From the NCBI GenBank assembly GCA_964390495.1, contig CAYMIN010000009.1, positions 6,155-70,154 of the forward strand: 64,000 nt of DNA. Reading direction: 5' to 3'. This document shows, piece by piece, positions 1 to 9,253 of the stretch (positions are counted from its first letter, which is position 1; each line of letters opens with the position of its first letter). A program made the translations under genes and the position numbers. This DNA comes from an uncultured Armatimonadia bacterium. Lineage in GTDB: Bacteria; Armatimonadota; Zipacnadia; Zipacnadales; UBA11051. The notes beneath the pieces were generated by a model. That model did no database searches and was not told the origin of the DNA. It worked only from the letters and a program-made list of their open reading frames with translations.

Positions 1-330
1 CGCAAGAGCCAATTCTTCATGAAAGATGAGATCGCGGTCAATGAGGATACGGTGCCGTACGCGGAGATGGTCCGGCGGGCGGCGGCTAAGCAACCTTTCC
101 TTGACACCGACCATACCCTGACCCATTTCCGCGAGCTGTGGAACTCCGACTTACTGCCCCTGACGGTTCCGGCGACCGCCGGCGGCATCGGCCAGGAGCA
201 GAAGATGCTGGATAGATGCGAAGAGCGCTGGCGGGCCAATGTCGAGAAATGGGTGCCGCCGGAGATTGACGAGGACAAGCTCAAGGCCCTGACGAAGCTG
301 CAGGAGCGGGCCGAAAAGGAGTTCCTGTAG
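1..330 (+). CDS. 5'-truncated CDS; C-terminal ~109 aa of an MttB-superfamily (trimethylamine/glycine-betaine:corrinoid) methyltransferase-like protein
   Basis: Frame 1 is open from window position 1 (RKSQFF upstream of the first Met). The tail ...RWRANVEKWVPPEIDEDKLKAL..ERAEKEF resembles C-termini of non-Pyl MttB/MtgB family proteins. Assignment by recollection of family C-termini only. Confidence 0.45.
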   Translation, partial: RKSQFFMKDEIAVNEDTVPYAEMVRRAAAKQPFLDTDHTLTHFRELWNSDLLPLTVPATAGGIGQEQKMLDRCEERWRANVEKWVPPEIDEDKLKALTKLQERAEKEFL

Positions 331-344
331 GCTCGGAGCTTAAC

Positions 345-1190
345 ATGGAGGTGATCGGACCGACCATGGAAACCGAGAAGCTGGAGGAGTATCAGGAGCT
401 GGCGACCAAGATCCGCGCCCACTGCCTGCACATGACCCATCGCGGCATGAGCGGGCACCTGGGCAGCATGTTGTCCATGGCCGACCTGCTGGCGGTGCTG
501 TACACCAGTATCCTGCAGGTGGACCCGCAGAACCCCGACTGGGACGAGCGCGACCGCTTCGTGCTCAGCAAGGGCCACGGTGGCGCGGCTGTCTATGCGG
601 TGCTGGCGGAGAAGGGCTTCTTCCCGATGGAGTGGCTGAATACCTACTACCTCGACGACGGCAAGCTGTCCGGCCACATCAGCCACCACGTCCCGGGGGT
701 GGAGTTCTCCACCGGATCGCTGGGCCATGGGCTGCCGGTGGCCGTCGGCATGGCACTGGCGGCGCGTAATGACGGCAAGCGGCATCGCATTTTTTGCCTG
801 ATGAGCGACGGAGACTGTAACGAGGGCTCGACCTGGGAGGCGCTGATGTTCGCCGCCCACCACCGGTTGGACAACCTCATAGTGATCGTGGACTACAATC
901 GCGTCCAGGCGCTGGGCAAGATGGAAAATGTCATCGAGATGGAGCCGTTTGCGCCCAAGCTGCATCTCTTCGGCTGGAGCGTGCGAGGCATTGACGGGCA
1001 TGATTACGAGGCTATCGAGACGACGCTGTCGGATCTGCCGTTCGAGCCGGGCAAGCCCTCATGGTTGCTGGCCAGCACCACCAAATGCAAGGGCATCAGT
1101 CGGCTGGAGAACACGGTCGGCAGTCACTACGGCTGTGTGAACGATGACGAACTGGCGGAGGCGCTGGCCGAATTGGGGGTGTCAGAATGA
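345..1190 (+). CDS. transketolase, N-terminal (TPP-binding) subunit of a split transketolase
   Basis: SKGHGGAAVYAVLAEKG and GSLGHGLPVAVGMA motifs. Stop overlaps the start of the next gene (ATGA). Confidence 0.85.
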   Translation: MEVIGPTMETEKLEEYQELATKIRAHCLHMTHRGMSGHLGSMLSMADLLAVLYTSILQVDPQNPDWDERDRFVLSKGHGGAAVYAVLAEKGFFPMEWLNTYYLDDGKLSGHISHHVPGVEFSTGSLGHGLPVAVGMALAARNDGKRHRIFCLMSDGDCNEGSTWEALMFAAHHRLDNLIVIVDYNRVQALGKMENVIEMEPFAPKLHLFGWSVRGIDGHDYEAIETTLSDLPFEPGKPSWLLASTTKCKGISRLENTVGSHYGCVNDDELAEALAELGVSE

Positions 1191-2113
1191 GAAGCGCATT
1201 CAACGAAGAGCTGCTCAAGATCGCCGCACAAGATGACCGCATCTACATGGTGCTGGCCGACATCGGCTATGGCGAGATCGAGCCGTTCGCGGAGGCCTTT
1301 CCCGACCGCTTCTACAACTGTGGGGTGGCCGAGCAGAACATGACCGGCGTCGCCTGCGGTCTGGCTATGGAAGGCAAGATCGCCATCACCTACTCGATCG
1401 CCAACTTCCCGACCCTGCGATGCCTGGAGCAGATTCGCAACGATGTCTGCTACCACGATCAGAACGTCAAGATCGTCATCATCGGCGGCGGACTGGCATA
1501 CGGCTCGCTGGGGGTGTCCCACCATTCCACCGAGGACATCGCCATCATGCGGTCGCTGCCGGACTGTGTGGTGGTGTGCCCGGCGGATATCCAAGAAGCC
1601 AGAGCCGCGACCCATGCCATGATCGAGCATCAGGGGGCCTTCTACTACCGCTGCGGCTATAAGAAGGAGCCCGACCTGCACCAAGGCCAGATTGATTTCC
1701 GCCTCGGCGAAGCGATCCAGGTCTCCGACGGCTCGGATGTTACGCTGATAGGGACCGGCACCGTGACCTACCGGGCCTGGCAGGCGGCGGAACTGCTGGC
1801 CGGCGAGGGCATCAAGGCCCGCGTAATCAGCATGCACACCGTCAAGCCGATAGACCGCGAGGCCATCGTTACCGCCGCCCGGCAGACCGGGGCAATCGTC
1901 ACCGTCGAGGAGCACAATATCTGCGGCGGTCTCGGCGGCGCAGTCGCTGAGGTCATCGCCGAGGCCGGAATCGGCATCCGCTTCAAGATGATTGCGCTGC
2001 CGGACCAGTATGTCCACATCGTCGGGACCCACGAATGGCTGCTGGACTACTACGGCTTCTCGCCCCAGGGCATCGCGAACATGGTGCAGGACTTGTTGGC
2101 GAGCGGAAACTAA
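1187..2113 (+). CDS. transketolase, C-terminal (pyrimidine-binding/C-terminal domain) subunit
   Basis: 4-bp overlap with the upstream subunit. Typical transketolase C-terminal half: FPDRFYNCGVAEQNMTGVA ... KPID. Confidence 0.85.
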   Translation: MRSAFNEELLKIAAQDDRIYMVLADIGYGEIEPFAEAFPDRFYNCGVAEQNMTGVACGLAMEGKIAITYSIANFPTLRCLEQIRNDVCYHDQNVKIVIIGGGLAYGSLGVSHHSTEDIAIMRSLPDCVVVCPADIQEARAATHAMIEHQGAFYYRCGYKKEPDLHQGQIDFRLGEAIQVSDGSDVTLIGTGTVTYRAWQAAELLAGEGIKARVISMHTVKPIDREAIVTAARQTGAIVTVEEHNICGGLGGAVAEVIAEAGIGIRFKMIALPDQYVHIVGTHEWLLDYYGFSPQGIANMVQDLLASGN

Positions 2114-2142
2114 TGGGTACTACATCCCAACGACCACATCCC

Positions 2143-2210
2143 CGACTGCCGCGTGGCTCGGGCTTCCAGCCCGAGGCCGTGCGCAGACGCTAGCGTCGGC
2201 GTGAGAGGAT
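2143..2210 (+). repeat. conserved ~67-nt leader element upstream of E1 alpha, related to the TTCCAGCCCGA repeat family
   Basis: Near-identical to 3206-3272 (actgccgcg..gggc.t.ccagcccgaggc.gtgcgcagacg...cgtcggc.tgagagga). Hairpin ctcgggc-ttcca-gcccgag. Palindrome GACGCTAGCGTC. Confidence 0.6.
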
Positions 2211-2224
2211 AATTCAAAGGAACC

Positions 2225-3196
2225 ATGAAACCGACTGAAGAGCAAATGAAAGCAATGCTGCGGACGATGCTAACCATCCGCGGCTTCGAGGCGACCGCCC
2301 GCGCGCTCTATACGGCTAACTGGGAGAGCGGCAACTTTTTGGGCGCGCTGCATTCTTACGAAGGCCAGGAGGCCGTCGCCACCGGCGCGTGCGCCTGCCT
2401 GAGGCAGGACGACTATGTCTTCAGCACCCATCGCGGCCACGGGCACTTCATCGCCAAGGGTGGGGACATCAAGGCAATGTTCGCCGAGCTACTCGGCAAG
2501 GAAGCCGGCTGCAGCCGCGGGCGCGGCGGCTCGATGCACATGTTCGACCCCGGAAAAGGTCTGATGGGCGGCAACGGCATTGTGGGCGGCGGGATTCCCC
2601 TGGCCCTCGGACCCGCCTTCGCCGCCAACTACCTAGGTAGTGACCAGGTCACCGTCACCTTCTTCGGTGACGGCGCCTCCAGCCAGGGCGTATTTCATGA
2701 GTCGTTCAACTTGGCGGCGCTCTGGGACCTGCCCTTGATCTTCGTCTGCGAGAACAACCGCTATGCCGTGGGTACGCCGGCCTCTCAAGGCATTTCGGTG
2801 CCTAACCTATCGGTTCGCGCCGCCGGCTACGGCTGCCCTGGAGTGACGGTGGATGGCGACGACCCGGTGGCCGTCTATGAGGCGGTCAGTGAGGCCATCG
2901 CCCACGCCCGCGCAGGTAACGGCCCCAGCCTCGTCGAGGCCGTGACCCACCGGCATAGCACACACTGTATGGTTATGCGCGAAACTCGCGAAGAGCCGGA
3001 ACTGGACAAAATGAAGGAGTATGACCCCATCCCCCGCTTCGAGCAGCGCCTGCAGGAAAGCGGCATCATCGGGGCCGACGAACTGACGCAACTCAAAGAG
3101 GAAGTGAGCCAACTCATCGAGGCGGCCGTGGCCTTCGCTGAAAACGCCGCCTTCCCTGATCCTGCGACGGTGGCCGATGGTCTGTGGGTAGGCTAG
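2225..3196 (+). CDS. 2-oxoacid (pyruvate/acetoin-type) dehydrogenase E1 component alpha subunit, TPP-dependent
   Basis: E1 alpha motifs HRGHGH, GGNGIVGGGIPLALG and FFGDGASSQG. AAAGGA RBS 4-9 nt upstream of the ATG. Confidence 0.85.
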   Translation: MKPTEEQMKAMLRTMLTIRGFEATARALYTANWESGNFLGALHSYEGQEAVATGACACLRQDDYVFSTHRGHGHFIAKGGDIKAMFAELLGKEAGCSRGRGGSMHMFDPGKGLMGGNGIVGGGIPLALGPAFAANYLGSDQVTVTFFGDGASSQGVFHESFNLAALWDLPLIFVCENNRYAVGTPASQGISVPNLSVRAAGYGCPGVTVDGDDPVAVYEAVSEAIAHARAGNGPSLVEAVTHRHSTHCMVMRETREEPELDKMKEYDPIPRFEQRLQESGIIGADELTQLKEEVSQLIEAAVAFAENAAFPDPATVADGLWVG

Positions 3197-3205
3197 GCGG
3201 GGCCC

Positions 3206-3272
3206 GAACTGCCGCGCACCCGGGCCTGCCAGCCCGAGGCAGTGCGCAGACGACATCGTCGGCATGAGAGGA
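3206..3272 (+). repeat. second copy of the conserved leader element, upstream of E1 beta
   Basis: Aligns to 2143-2210. Palindrome GACGA-CA-TCGTC carries compensatory changes relative to copy 1. Confidence 0.6.
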
Positions 3273-4259
3273 GAACTTAGAGCATTGGCAAAGACGCGAC
3301 AGGTTGTGTTCGCCCGAGCGCTCAATGAGGCGCTCCGTGAGGAGTTCGAGCGCGATGACAGCGTCTTCCTGGTCGGCGAGGAGGTCGGCGGGATCTTTGG
3401 TGTCACCAGGGGTCTGGACCGGCGCTTTGGTGAAAAGCGGGTGCGCTGCACCCCGATCTCGGAGGCGGCCTTCACCGGACTGGCCGTCGGCGCGGCGATG
3501 GTCGGCCTCCGGCCCATCGTCGAGATCATGTACCTCGACTTCGTCACCGTTTGCTGGGACCAGATCGCCAACCAGGCGGCCAAGCTGCGGTATATGTCCG
3601 GCGGCCAGATCAGCCTGCCCCTGGTAATTCGCGGCCAGCAGGGCAACCTCACCCGCGAGGCCGCCCAACATTCCCAACAGATCGAGGGCTGGTGCGCCCA
3701 AGTACCGGGGCTCAAGGTCGTGATGCCGGCCACCGTCGAGGACGCCAAGGGCCTCCTCAAGTCTGCCATTAGGGATGACAATCCGGTCATATTCGTCGAG
3801 CATCGCGGCCTCTATGACCTCAAGGGGCCTATGCCCAAAGGCGAGTACACCACCCCGCTCGGTGTGGCCAAGGTCCACCGCGAAGGCACCGATATCACCG
3901 TTGTCGCCACATCCCTAGCCTTGCAGAAGGCACTGGCAGCGGCGGAAGCCCTCGCCGATGAGATCAGCGTGGAGGTGGTGGACCCGCGCACACTGGTGCC
4001 GCTAGATACGGAGACGATTCTGCAATCGGTACGCAAGACCGGCCGGCTGCTGGTGGCTCACGACGCCCCGGTGCGGCTGGGCTTCGGAGCCGAAGTCGTG
4101 CGCGCGGTTACCGAAGAGGCCTTCGCAGCTCTGCAGACAGCACCTCGTGTAGTCGGCGGAACCAATCTGCCGATGCCGTATAGCTCGGTGCTGGAGGACG
4201 CTTGCATCCCCAGCGAAGATGACATCACACAAGCTATCCGACAGGTGGTGAAGAGTTAG
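3264..4259 (+). CDS. 2-oxoacid dehydrogenase E1 component beta subunit
   Basis: E1 beta / transketolase-like pyrimidine and C-terminal domains (ALNEAL.EE, FLVGEEVG ... ). Start ambiguous: ATG at 3264 or in-frame TTG at 3285, with GAGAGGAG RBS at ~3266-3273. The aminotransferase start abuts the stop codon. Confidence 0.8.
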   Translation: MRGELRALAKTRQVVFARALNEALREEFERDDSVFLVGEEVGGIFGVTRGLDRRFGEKRVRCTPISEAAFTGLAVGAAMVGLRPIVEIMYLDFVTVCWDQIANQAAKLRYMSGGQISLPLVIRGQQGNLTREAAQHSQQIEGWCAQVPGLKVVMPATVEDAKGLLKSAIRDDNPVIFVEHRGLYDLKGPMPKGEYTTPLGVAKVHREGTDITVVATSLALQKALAAAEALADEISVEVVDPRTLVPLDTETILQSVRKTGRLLVAHDAPVRLGFGAEVVRAVTEEAFAALQTAPRVVGGTNLPMPYSSVLEDACIPSEDDITQAIRQVVKS

Positions 4260-5618
4260 ATGAGAAGCCATGATGAGTTGGTGGAGGCGGCTCGCAAGCA
4301 CGTCTGGCTGCATTTCGCGCATTACGACGATATTGAGAAGCGGCCTAAGATCTTCGTGCGCGGCGAGGGGATGTATCTATGGGACGATGAGGGCAACAAG
4401 TACCTGGATACCTTCGCCTCGCTGCTGACTACTATCTGCGGCCATCACCGCCCCGAAGTGCATGAAGCGGTGCAGAAGCAGATGGAGCAGCTTGAGTTCT
4501 TCCCGAATTACCATGATTGCTACACCATCCCCTCCATCGAGCTGGCCGAGAAGTTGGCCGAGATCATGCCGGGCGACCTCTCTGTCGCTTTCTTCACGGG
4601 CGGCGGCTCGGAAGCCAACGAAAGCGCTATGAAGATGGCCCGCCAGTACTTCTGGGAGCAGGGCCAGCGCTCCCGCACCGGCATCCTGGCCAAACGTTTC
4701 AGCTACACCGGCGCTACTATGGGCACGATGTCGGCCACCGGTATCCCCTGGTTCTGGGAGACCTTCCAGCCGCGCATGCCCGGCTACGGCTTTTTCAACC
4801 CGGAATGGTACTACCATCGCGAGCTGGGCCTCGCTGAGGAGCAAGCCGGCAAGATCGCCCTGCAAGACCTGGAGGAACTCGTGGAGTTTGAGGGGCCGGA
4901 ATCTATTGCCGCCTTGATTATGGATCCGGTTTCCGGCTCCAACACCGGCTATTGGGTGCCCTCGGCCGCCTTCATGCAGGGCGTCCGCGAGCTATGTGAC
5001 AAACACGGCATCCTCTTGATCTTCGACGAAATCCAAGTCGGCTTCGGCAAGAGCGGCAAATGGTTCTGCTGCGAGCACTGGGACGTGGTGCCCGACATCA
5101 TGACCCTGGGCAAGGGCTTCTCCGGCGGCTATCTACCTCTCGCAGCGGCGGTAACCACCCAGAAGATCGCCGAGGTCTTCCGCAAGCCTGATGCGGAGTT
5201 CCGCCACGGCTTCACCTTCGGCGGCCATACCACCGCGTGCGCCGCAACTTTGGCCAATATCGAGATTATCGAGCGCGAAAACCTCGTGGACAGGGCCGCC
5301 GAGATGGGTACCTACCTGCGCGAAAAGCTGGAGGCGCTATACAAGTACCCCATCGTCGGCCACGTGCGCGGCATCGGCCTGCTGCTGGCCCTTGAGCTAC
5401 TCGAGGACCGCAAGACCTGGAAGAAGCTGGAGCCGGAAGGCGAGATCGGCGCCTGGGTGCGCGACCGCTGCTACGAGCTGGGCATGATCCTGCGCAACAA
5501 CGACGACATCTTGGTCTTTGCACCCTCCTTGACCATCACCAAAGACGAAGTTGACTACATGGTCGGCCTCACCGAGCAAGCGCTCGCAGAGGCGTGTGAG
5601 AAGTTCGGCAAAGGTTAG
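4260..5618 (+). CDS. class-III (omega-type) PLP-dependent aminotransferase
   Basis: LWDDEGNKYLD and FDEIQVGFGKSG motifs, with the PLP-lysine region (TLGKG). Confidence 0.8.
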   Translation: MRSHDELVEAARKHVWLHFAHYDDIEKRPKIFVRGEGMYLWDDEGNKYLDTFASLLTTICGHHRPEVHEAVQKQMEQLEFFPNYHDCYTIPSIELAEKLAEIMPGDLSVAFFTGGGSEANESAMKMARQYFWEQGQRSRTGILAKRFSYTGATMGTMSATGIPWFWETFQPRMPGYGFFNPEWYYHRELGLAEEQAGKIALQDLEELVEFEGPESIAALIMDPVSGSNTGYWVPSAAFMQGVRELCDKHGILLIFDEIQVGFGKSGKWFCCEHWDVVPDIMTLGKGFSGGYLPLAAAVTTQKIAEVFRKPDAEFRHGFTFGGHTTACAATLANIEIIERENLVDRAAEMGTYLREKLEALYKYPIVGHVRGIGLLLALELLEDRKTWKKLEPEGEIGAWVRDRCYELGMILRNNDDILVFAPSLTITKDEVDYMVGLTEQALAEACEKFGKG

Positions 5619-5625
5619 GGAGAAG

Positions 5626-6669
5626 ATGGCATACCCCACGGTTCTGCAGGACGTACAGACTTGCATTGACCTCGGCGTGCCCTCCCGGGTGCCGATTTTC
5701 CTCCTGGGTGAGGAGTTCGATGTCGAGCAGTATGATATTGACTATCGCACCTACATCACCAGCCCGGAGGATATGGTCAACTGCTGGGTGCAGGCCGTCG
5801 CGCGCTTCGACTATGACTGGATTCTGCTGCATCCCGACGACTACATCGAGTTCGAGCCGTTGGGCCTTGTGACGGCGGCAGATGAAAAGATCCCGCCATC
5901 GCCCATCGAGGAGTTGCCTGCAGATTACGACACTCTTAACAGCCTGGAAATACCCGATGCCCACAGCGCCGGGCGAATGCCGCATCATCTGGCCGGCCTG
6001 CAAGGCATCAAGGAGGCGATGGGCGACAGCATCTGCCTCGCGGGTCGCGTGGCGGCACCGTTCAGCTCGGTGTGCCTGCTTTACGGGGTGCAGGAAGCGC
6101 TGATGCTGATGATGACCGATCCGCAACTGTTCCGCGATACGGCCGAGTTCATGGCCGAATTGATGGTCTATTGGGCGCACGAGCAGATCAAGGCCGGCGC
6201 CGACGCCTTGTGGGTCGGGGATTGTGTGGCCTCATCGGGGTTCTTGTCGCCTGCGCACTACGAGGAGTTCGCCATGGCCGGAGCCGGCCGGGTCTGCGAT
6301 GCCATCAAAGACGCCGGCGCATGGGCGATCTACCACGGTGGCGAGCCCTCTCTGCCCCACCTCCAACTGGCGGCTCAGTTCCAGCCGAGTATGCTCAATG
6401 TGGGCGAAGACCTTGACCTGGCGGTCGCCAAACAAGCCCTAGGCGACCAAGTCTGTCTGTCCGGCAACCTCAACCCGATTCAGCTCTTCGAGGCCAAAGA
6501 CCTTGCACTGGTAGCAGAGGAGACGCTTCGAGTTATCGAGGCCGGCAAGCCGGGCGGCGGATATATCTTCAACAGCGGTGAGGGCGTGCCTCGGCAGACT
6601 GACCCCGAGATCATCGCCACGATGATGCAGGTGGCAAAGGAGCACTGCTGGTACGACCAGCAGGACTGA
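5626..6669 (+). CDS. uroporphyrinogen-decarboxylase (URO-D) family protein, MtaA/CmuA-like methylcobamide methyltransferase candidate
   Basis: URO-D fold signature spread over the length. Start placed at the ATG with an AGGGAGAAG RBS (MAYPTV...); the longer track ORF start is unlikely. Confidence 0.6.
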   Translation: MAYPTVLQDVQTCIDLGVPSRVPIFLLGEEFDVEQYDIDYRTYITSPEDMVNCWVQAVARFDYDWILLHPDDYIEFEPLGLVTAADEKIPPSPIEELPADYDTLNSLEIPDAHSAGRMPHHLAGLQGIKEAMGDSICLAGRVAAPFSSVCLLYGVQEALMLMMTDPQLFRDTAEFMAELMVYWAHEQIKAGADALWVGDCVASSGFLSPAHYEEFAMAGAGRVCDAIKDAGAWAIYHGGEPSLPHLQLAAQFQPSMLNVGEDLDLAVAKQALGDQVCLSGNLNPIQLFEAKDLALVAEETLRVIEAGKPGGGYIFNSGEGVPRQTDPEIIATMMQVAKEHCWYDQQD

Positions 6670-6674
6670 GTGAA

Positions 6675-7754
6675 ATGCAGCAGCACAAGGATACGCTAAA
6701 CTGCGCTGTCGTCGGCTATGGCCGCTATCACGACTTCGGGCGGATGCACTGCCGCTGGATCAGCGCCTGCCAGGAACTCAACCTGGTCGCCGTTTGTGAT
6801 ATGGACCCACAGGCCCGCCAACGCGCCGGCGGCGATTTTCCCGATGCGCGCCTTTATGCTTCGGTCGCTGAGATGCTCGCCGATGACGACATTGACATGG
6901 TCAGCGTCGTCACTCCCCATTTCACCCATACCGAAATCGCCACCGACTGCTTGCGGGCCGGCAAGCATGTAATCGTCGAAAAAGCGATGGCTACTAGCGT
7001 AGCCGACTGTACGGCCATGATTGAGGCCGCCGAGCGCGCCGGCCGCAAGCTGGCGGTATTTCACAATCGGCGCCATGACGGCAACTACCGCGCCATTCAG
7101 CGAGTAATCGCCGATGGCACCATCGGTGAGGTGTTCCACGTCGAGTGCTCGGAGGAAAGCTACACCGAGCCGCAGCAGTGGTGGTATTCCGAGCCCGACA
7201 AGTCCGGCGGGGCGCTGTTCTACTGGGGCCCTCATGCGGTGGACTGGGTGCTACACCTGGTGCCGTCGAGGGTGGCCCGGGTCGTCGGCGCCACCCAGAG
7301 GCGCGTCTGGTCACACGTGGACATCGCCGACGAGGTGCGCGCCTATCTCTGGTTTGAGAACGACGCGACCGCCACTATCACCTTCTCCCGCATCGCCGCC
7401 ATCCGCAAGCCTTTGTGGCGGATACTGGGCACCAAGGGTGGCATCGAGGATTCCAAGGTCGGCGTCTGCGAGGGCAACTACATCCCCCATTACCAGGAGC
7501 TGCTGGTGGGCGATGCCGGTGAAGGCCAGATCCGTGTGGTGACTGTGGATGGCGAGGAGAAAAGCGAGACTCTGGTTGACTATCTGGCCTCGGATTGGCT
7601 GACGTATTACCAGGACATGGCCGCCGCGGTCTTGCGCGATCAGCCGCTCCCGGTCACGGGAGAAGAGGGACGCATGACGGTGGCGGTCATGGCTGCGGCG
7701 CAGGAGTCGGGCGACCAAGGCGGAGTCATCATCGAGATGAGTGACTATGAGTGA
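6675..7754 (+). CDS. Gfo/Idh/MocA family NAD(P)-dependent oxidoreductase
   Basis: N-terminal Rossmann VVGYGR..., conserved EKPMA-like motif (VEKAMA), and a C-terminal alpha/beta domain. Confidence 0.8.
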   Translation: MQQHKDTLNCAVVGYGRYHDFGRMHCRWISACQELNLVAVCDMDPQARQRAGGDFPDARLYASVAEMLADDDIDMVSVVTPHFTHTEIATDCLRAGKHVIVEKAMATSVADCTAMIEAAERAGRKLAVFHNRRHDGNYRAIQRVIADGTIGEVFHVECSEESYTEPQQWWYSEPDKSGGALFYWGPHAVDWVLHLVPSRVARVVGATQRRVWSHVDIADEVRAYLWFENDATATITFSRIAAIRKPLWRILGTKGGIEDSKVGVCEGNYIPHYQELLVGDAGEGQIRVVTVDGEEKSETLVDYLASDWLTYYQDMAAAVLRDQPLPVTGEEGRMTVAVMAAAQESGDQGGVIIEMSDYE

Positions 7755-8034
7755 CAGCGCCGACGATGTTACGGTGCTGATCCCGGAGCCGCTGCGGGTC
7801 TACACCAACGGACACGCGCAGGTGAGCGTGCCGGCCGGCACCGTCGGTGAGGTGCTGTACCAGCTTGTCACCCGCTACCAGGAGATCGGGGCGCAGATAA
7901 TTGACGAAGCCGGCGTTCTGCGACATGGCGTGACAGTTGCAGTCAACGGCCAGGACATCCGCTTCGTCGGGCACCTCCAAGCTCCCGTGCGGCCCGGCGA
8001 GCAACTCCAGATCGTGGTGACGATGCTGGTCTAG
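7747..8034 (+). CDS. MoaD/CysO/ThiS-like beta-grasp protein lacking the C-terminal Gly-Gly
   Basis: The whole length aligns to long-form MoaD/CysO proteins (VTV.IP..LR.YT.G...V.V...TV.EVL..L...Y..., VAVNG.DIRF). It ends ...QIVVTMLV* instead of ...GG*. The start overlaps the upstream stop. Confidence 0.5.
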   Translation: MSDSADDVTVLIPEPLRVYTNGHAQVSVPAGTVGEVLYQLVTRYQEIGAQIIDEAGVLRHGVTVAVNGQDIRFVGHLQAPVRPGEQLQIVVTMLV

Positions 8035-8101
8035 GAAACAATTCGTGCTCCCCCGCGTCGAAATAGATAGAAATTCGACATCGAGACACGGAGACGACCG
8101 G

Positions 8102-9253
8102 ATGCGTGTAAGGCGCCTCATCATAGCGATATGGGTATTGGTATTGCTTTTCAGTGCCACCGCGGTGCTGGCCAGGCAGTGGTCTGAGCAGCGCGAGCAG
8201 GCCGTCGGTGCCGAAGTTGCCGAGCAGATCGAGAAGCAGTACAAGCTCTGGGAGGACGAGGCGAGCCAGAAGCAGGTCGAGGAAATCCTAGCCGAATTGG
8301 TGCCACACACCGACCGCCCGGATGTTGAGTATCTGGTGAAACTGCTGGACAGTGATGAGGTCAATGCCTGCAGCATACCCGGCGGCCGCATCTACGTGCA
8401 CCGAGGACTGATCGAGGAAGTCGAGTCCGTTGACGAGCTGGCCGCGGTAATGGCCCACGAGATTGCCCACAACTGCACTTATGACGCCATGGACCAGGCC
8501 GAGCGCAACCAGAAGCTATTCATCGGCGGGATCACGGCGGCGCTGGTGGCGATATTCGTCGGAGCCGACAGTAGCGAAATATCCGGCGTTCTGGCCGCCG
8601 GCTCGTATGTGCGCCAGGGGATTCTCAGCCGGTATTCCATTGACATGGAGCAGCGCGCTGACCTCAACGCCATCCGCTATCTGGCGGCTAGCAAGTACAA
8701 CCCCACCGGCCTGCTGACCTTTATGGAGCGGCTGCTGGCCCAGACCTACAAGACGGCGCGCCCCGACTACGGGATCTATGAGACCCACCCCCAGGCCACG
8801 GAGCGCTGCGCATATATCATCCAGGCCATCTATGACGCGGGGTTCGACATCAATCGGCGTGCGGTAACTAAGTGGGACCCGCCCAGCTTTGAGAGCATCG
8901 GCCCTGAAGAAACGCAGATAGACCGCCAAACAGCGCCGGCCAAGATATCACTGTGGGGCGAAGAGCTGGTCACCCTATACTATGCCGGCGAATATCCGGG
9001 CATTGACAAGCGCGCCGAGGCCATCTGCAAGCACCTCACGGAAGCGCTCGCGGCGGGCCTGGTGCTGTACCAGATAGACACTGCTGAGACTGACGGAACC
9101 TCTACGATCACGCTGCGGGGTCAGCCGATGATGAAAATCTATCCCGAGGACGTGCAATCAGAAGCAAGCTCACCCCAGGCTGTGGCCGACGGCATCGTCA
9201 GGGCGCTGGCCAGAGCCATGCACCGGGAGGAGCTGGCGCGGCGGTATCACTAG
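8102..9253 (+). CDS. membrane-anchored M48-family zinc metallopeptidase
   Basis: HEIAHN (HEXXH) and a downstream ETHPqatER motif. N-terminal hydrophobic anchor. GGAG RBS. Stop is immediately followed by the start of the lipoyl protein. Confidence 0.75.
   Translation: MRVRRLIIAIWVLVLLFSATAVLARQWSEQREQAVGAEVAEQIEKQYKLWEDEASQKQVEEILAELVPHTDRPDVEYLVKLLDSDEVNACSIPGGRIYVHRGLIEEVESVDELAAVMAHEIAHNCTYDAMDQAERNQKLFIGGITAALVAIFVGADSSEISGVLAAGSYVRQGILSRYSIDMEQRADLNAIRYLAASKYNPTGLLTFMERLLAQTYKTARPDYGIYETHPQATERCAYIIQAIYDAGFDINRRAVTKWDPPSFESIGPEETQIDRQTAPAKISLWGEELVTLYYAGEYPGIDKRAEAICKHLTEALAAGLVLYQIDTAETDGTSTITLRGQPMMKIYPEDVQSEASSPQAVADGIVRALARAMHREELARRYH

Noticed and set aside
1127-2032. 301-aa minus-strand ORF and many similar long antisense ORFs (2807-3790, 3114-3878, 5569-6180, 6696-7235, 10014-10655, 15942-16724, 18429-19301, 20361-21023, 22461-23300, 26067-26771, 28549-29052, 31614-32285, 36667-37410, 37543-38172, 39137-39886, 42965-43639, 44221-44859, 45361-45864, 46325-47404, 49579-50130, 50596-51348, 52154-52912, 53006-53761, 55351-55986, 56802-57314, 57387-58025, 59949-60761, 62821-63534)
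   Set aside because: All lie antisense to or out of frame within ORFs that carry strong, recognisable family motifs. Their translations are Arg/Ala/Pro/Gly-rich low-complexity strings typical of shadow ORFs in high-GC DNA.
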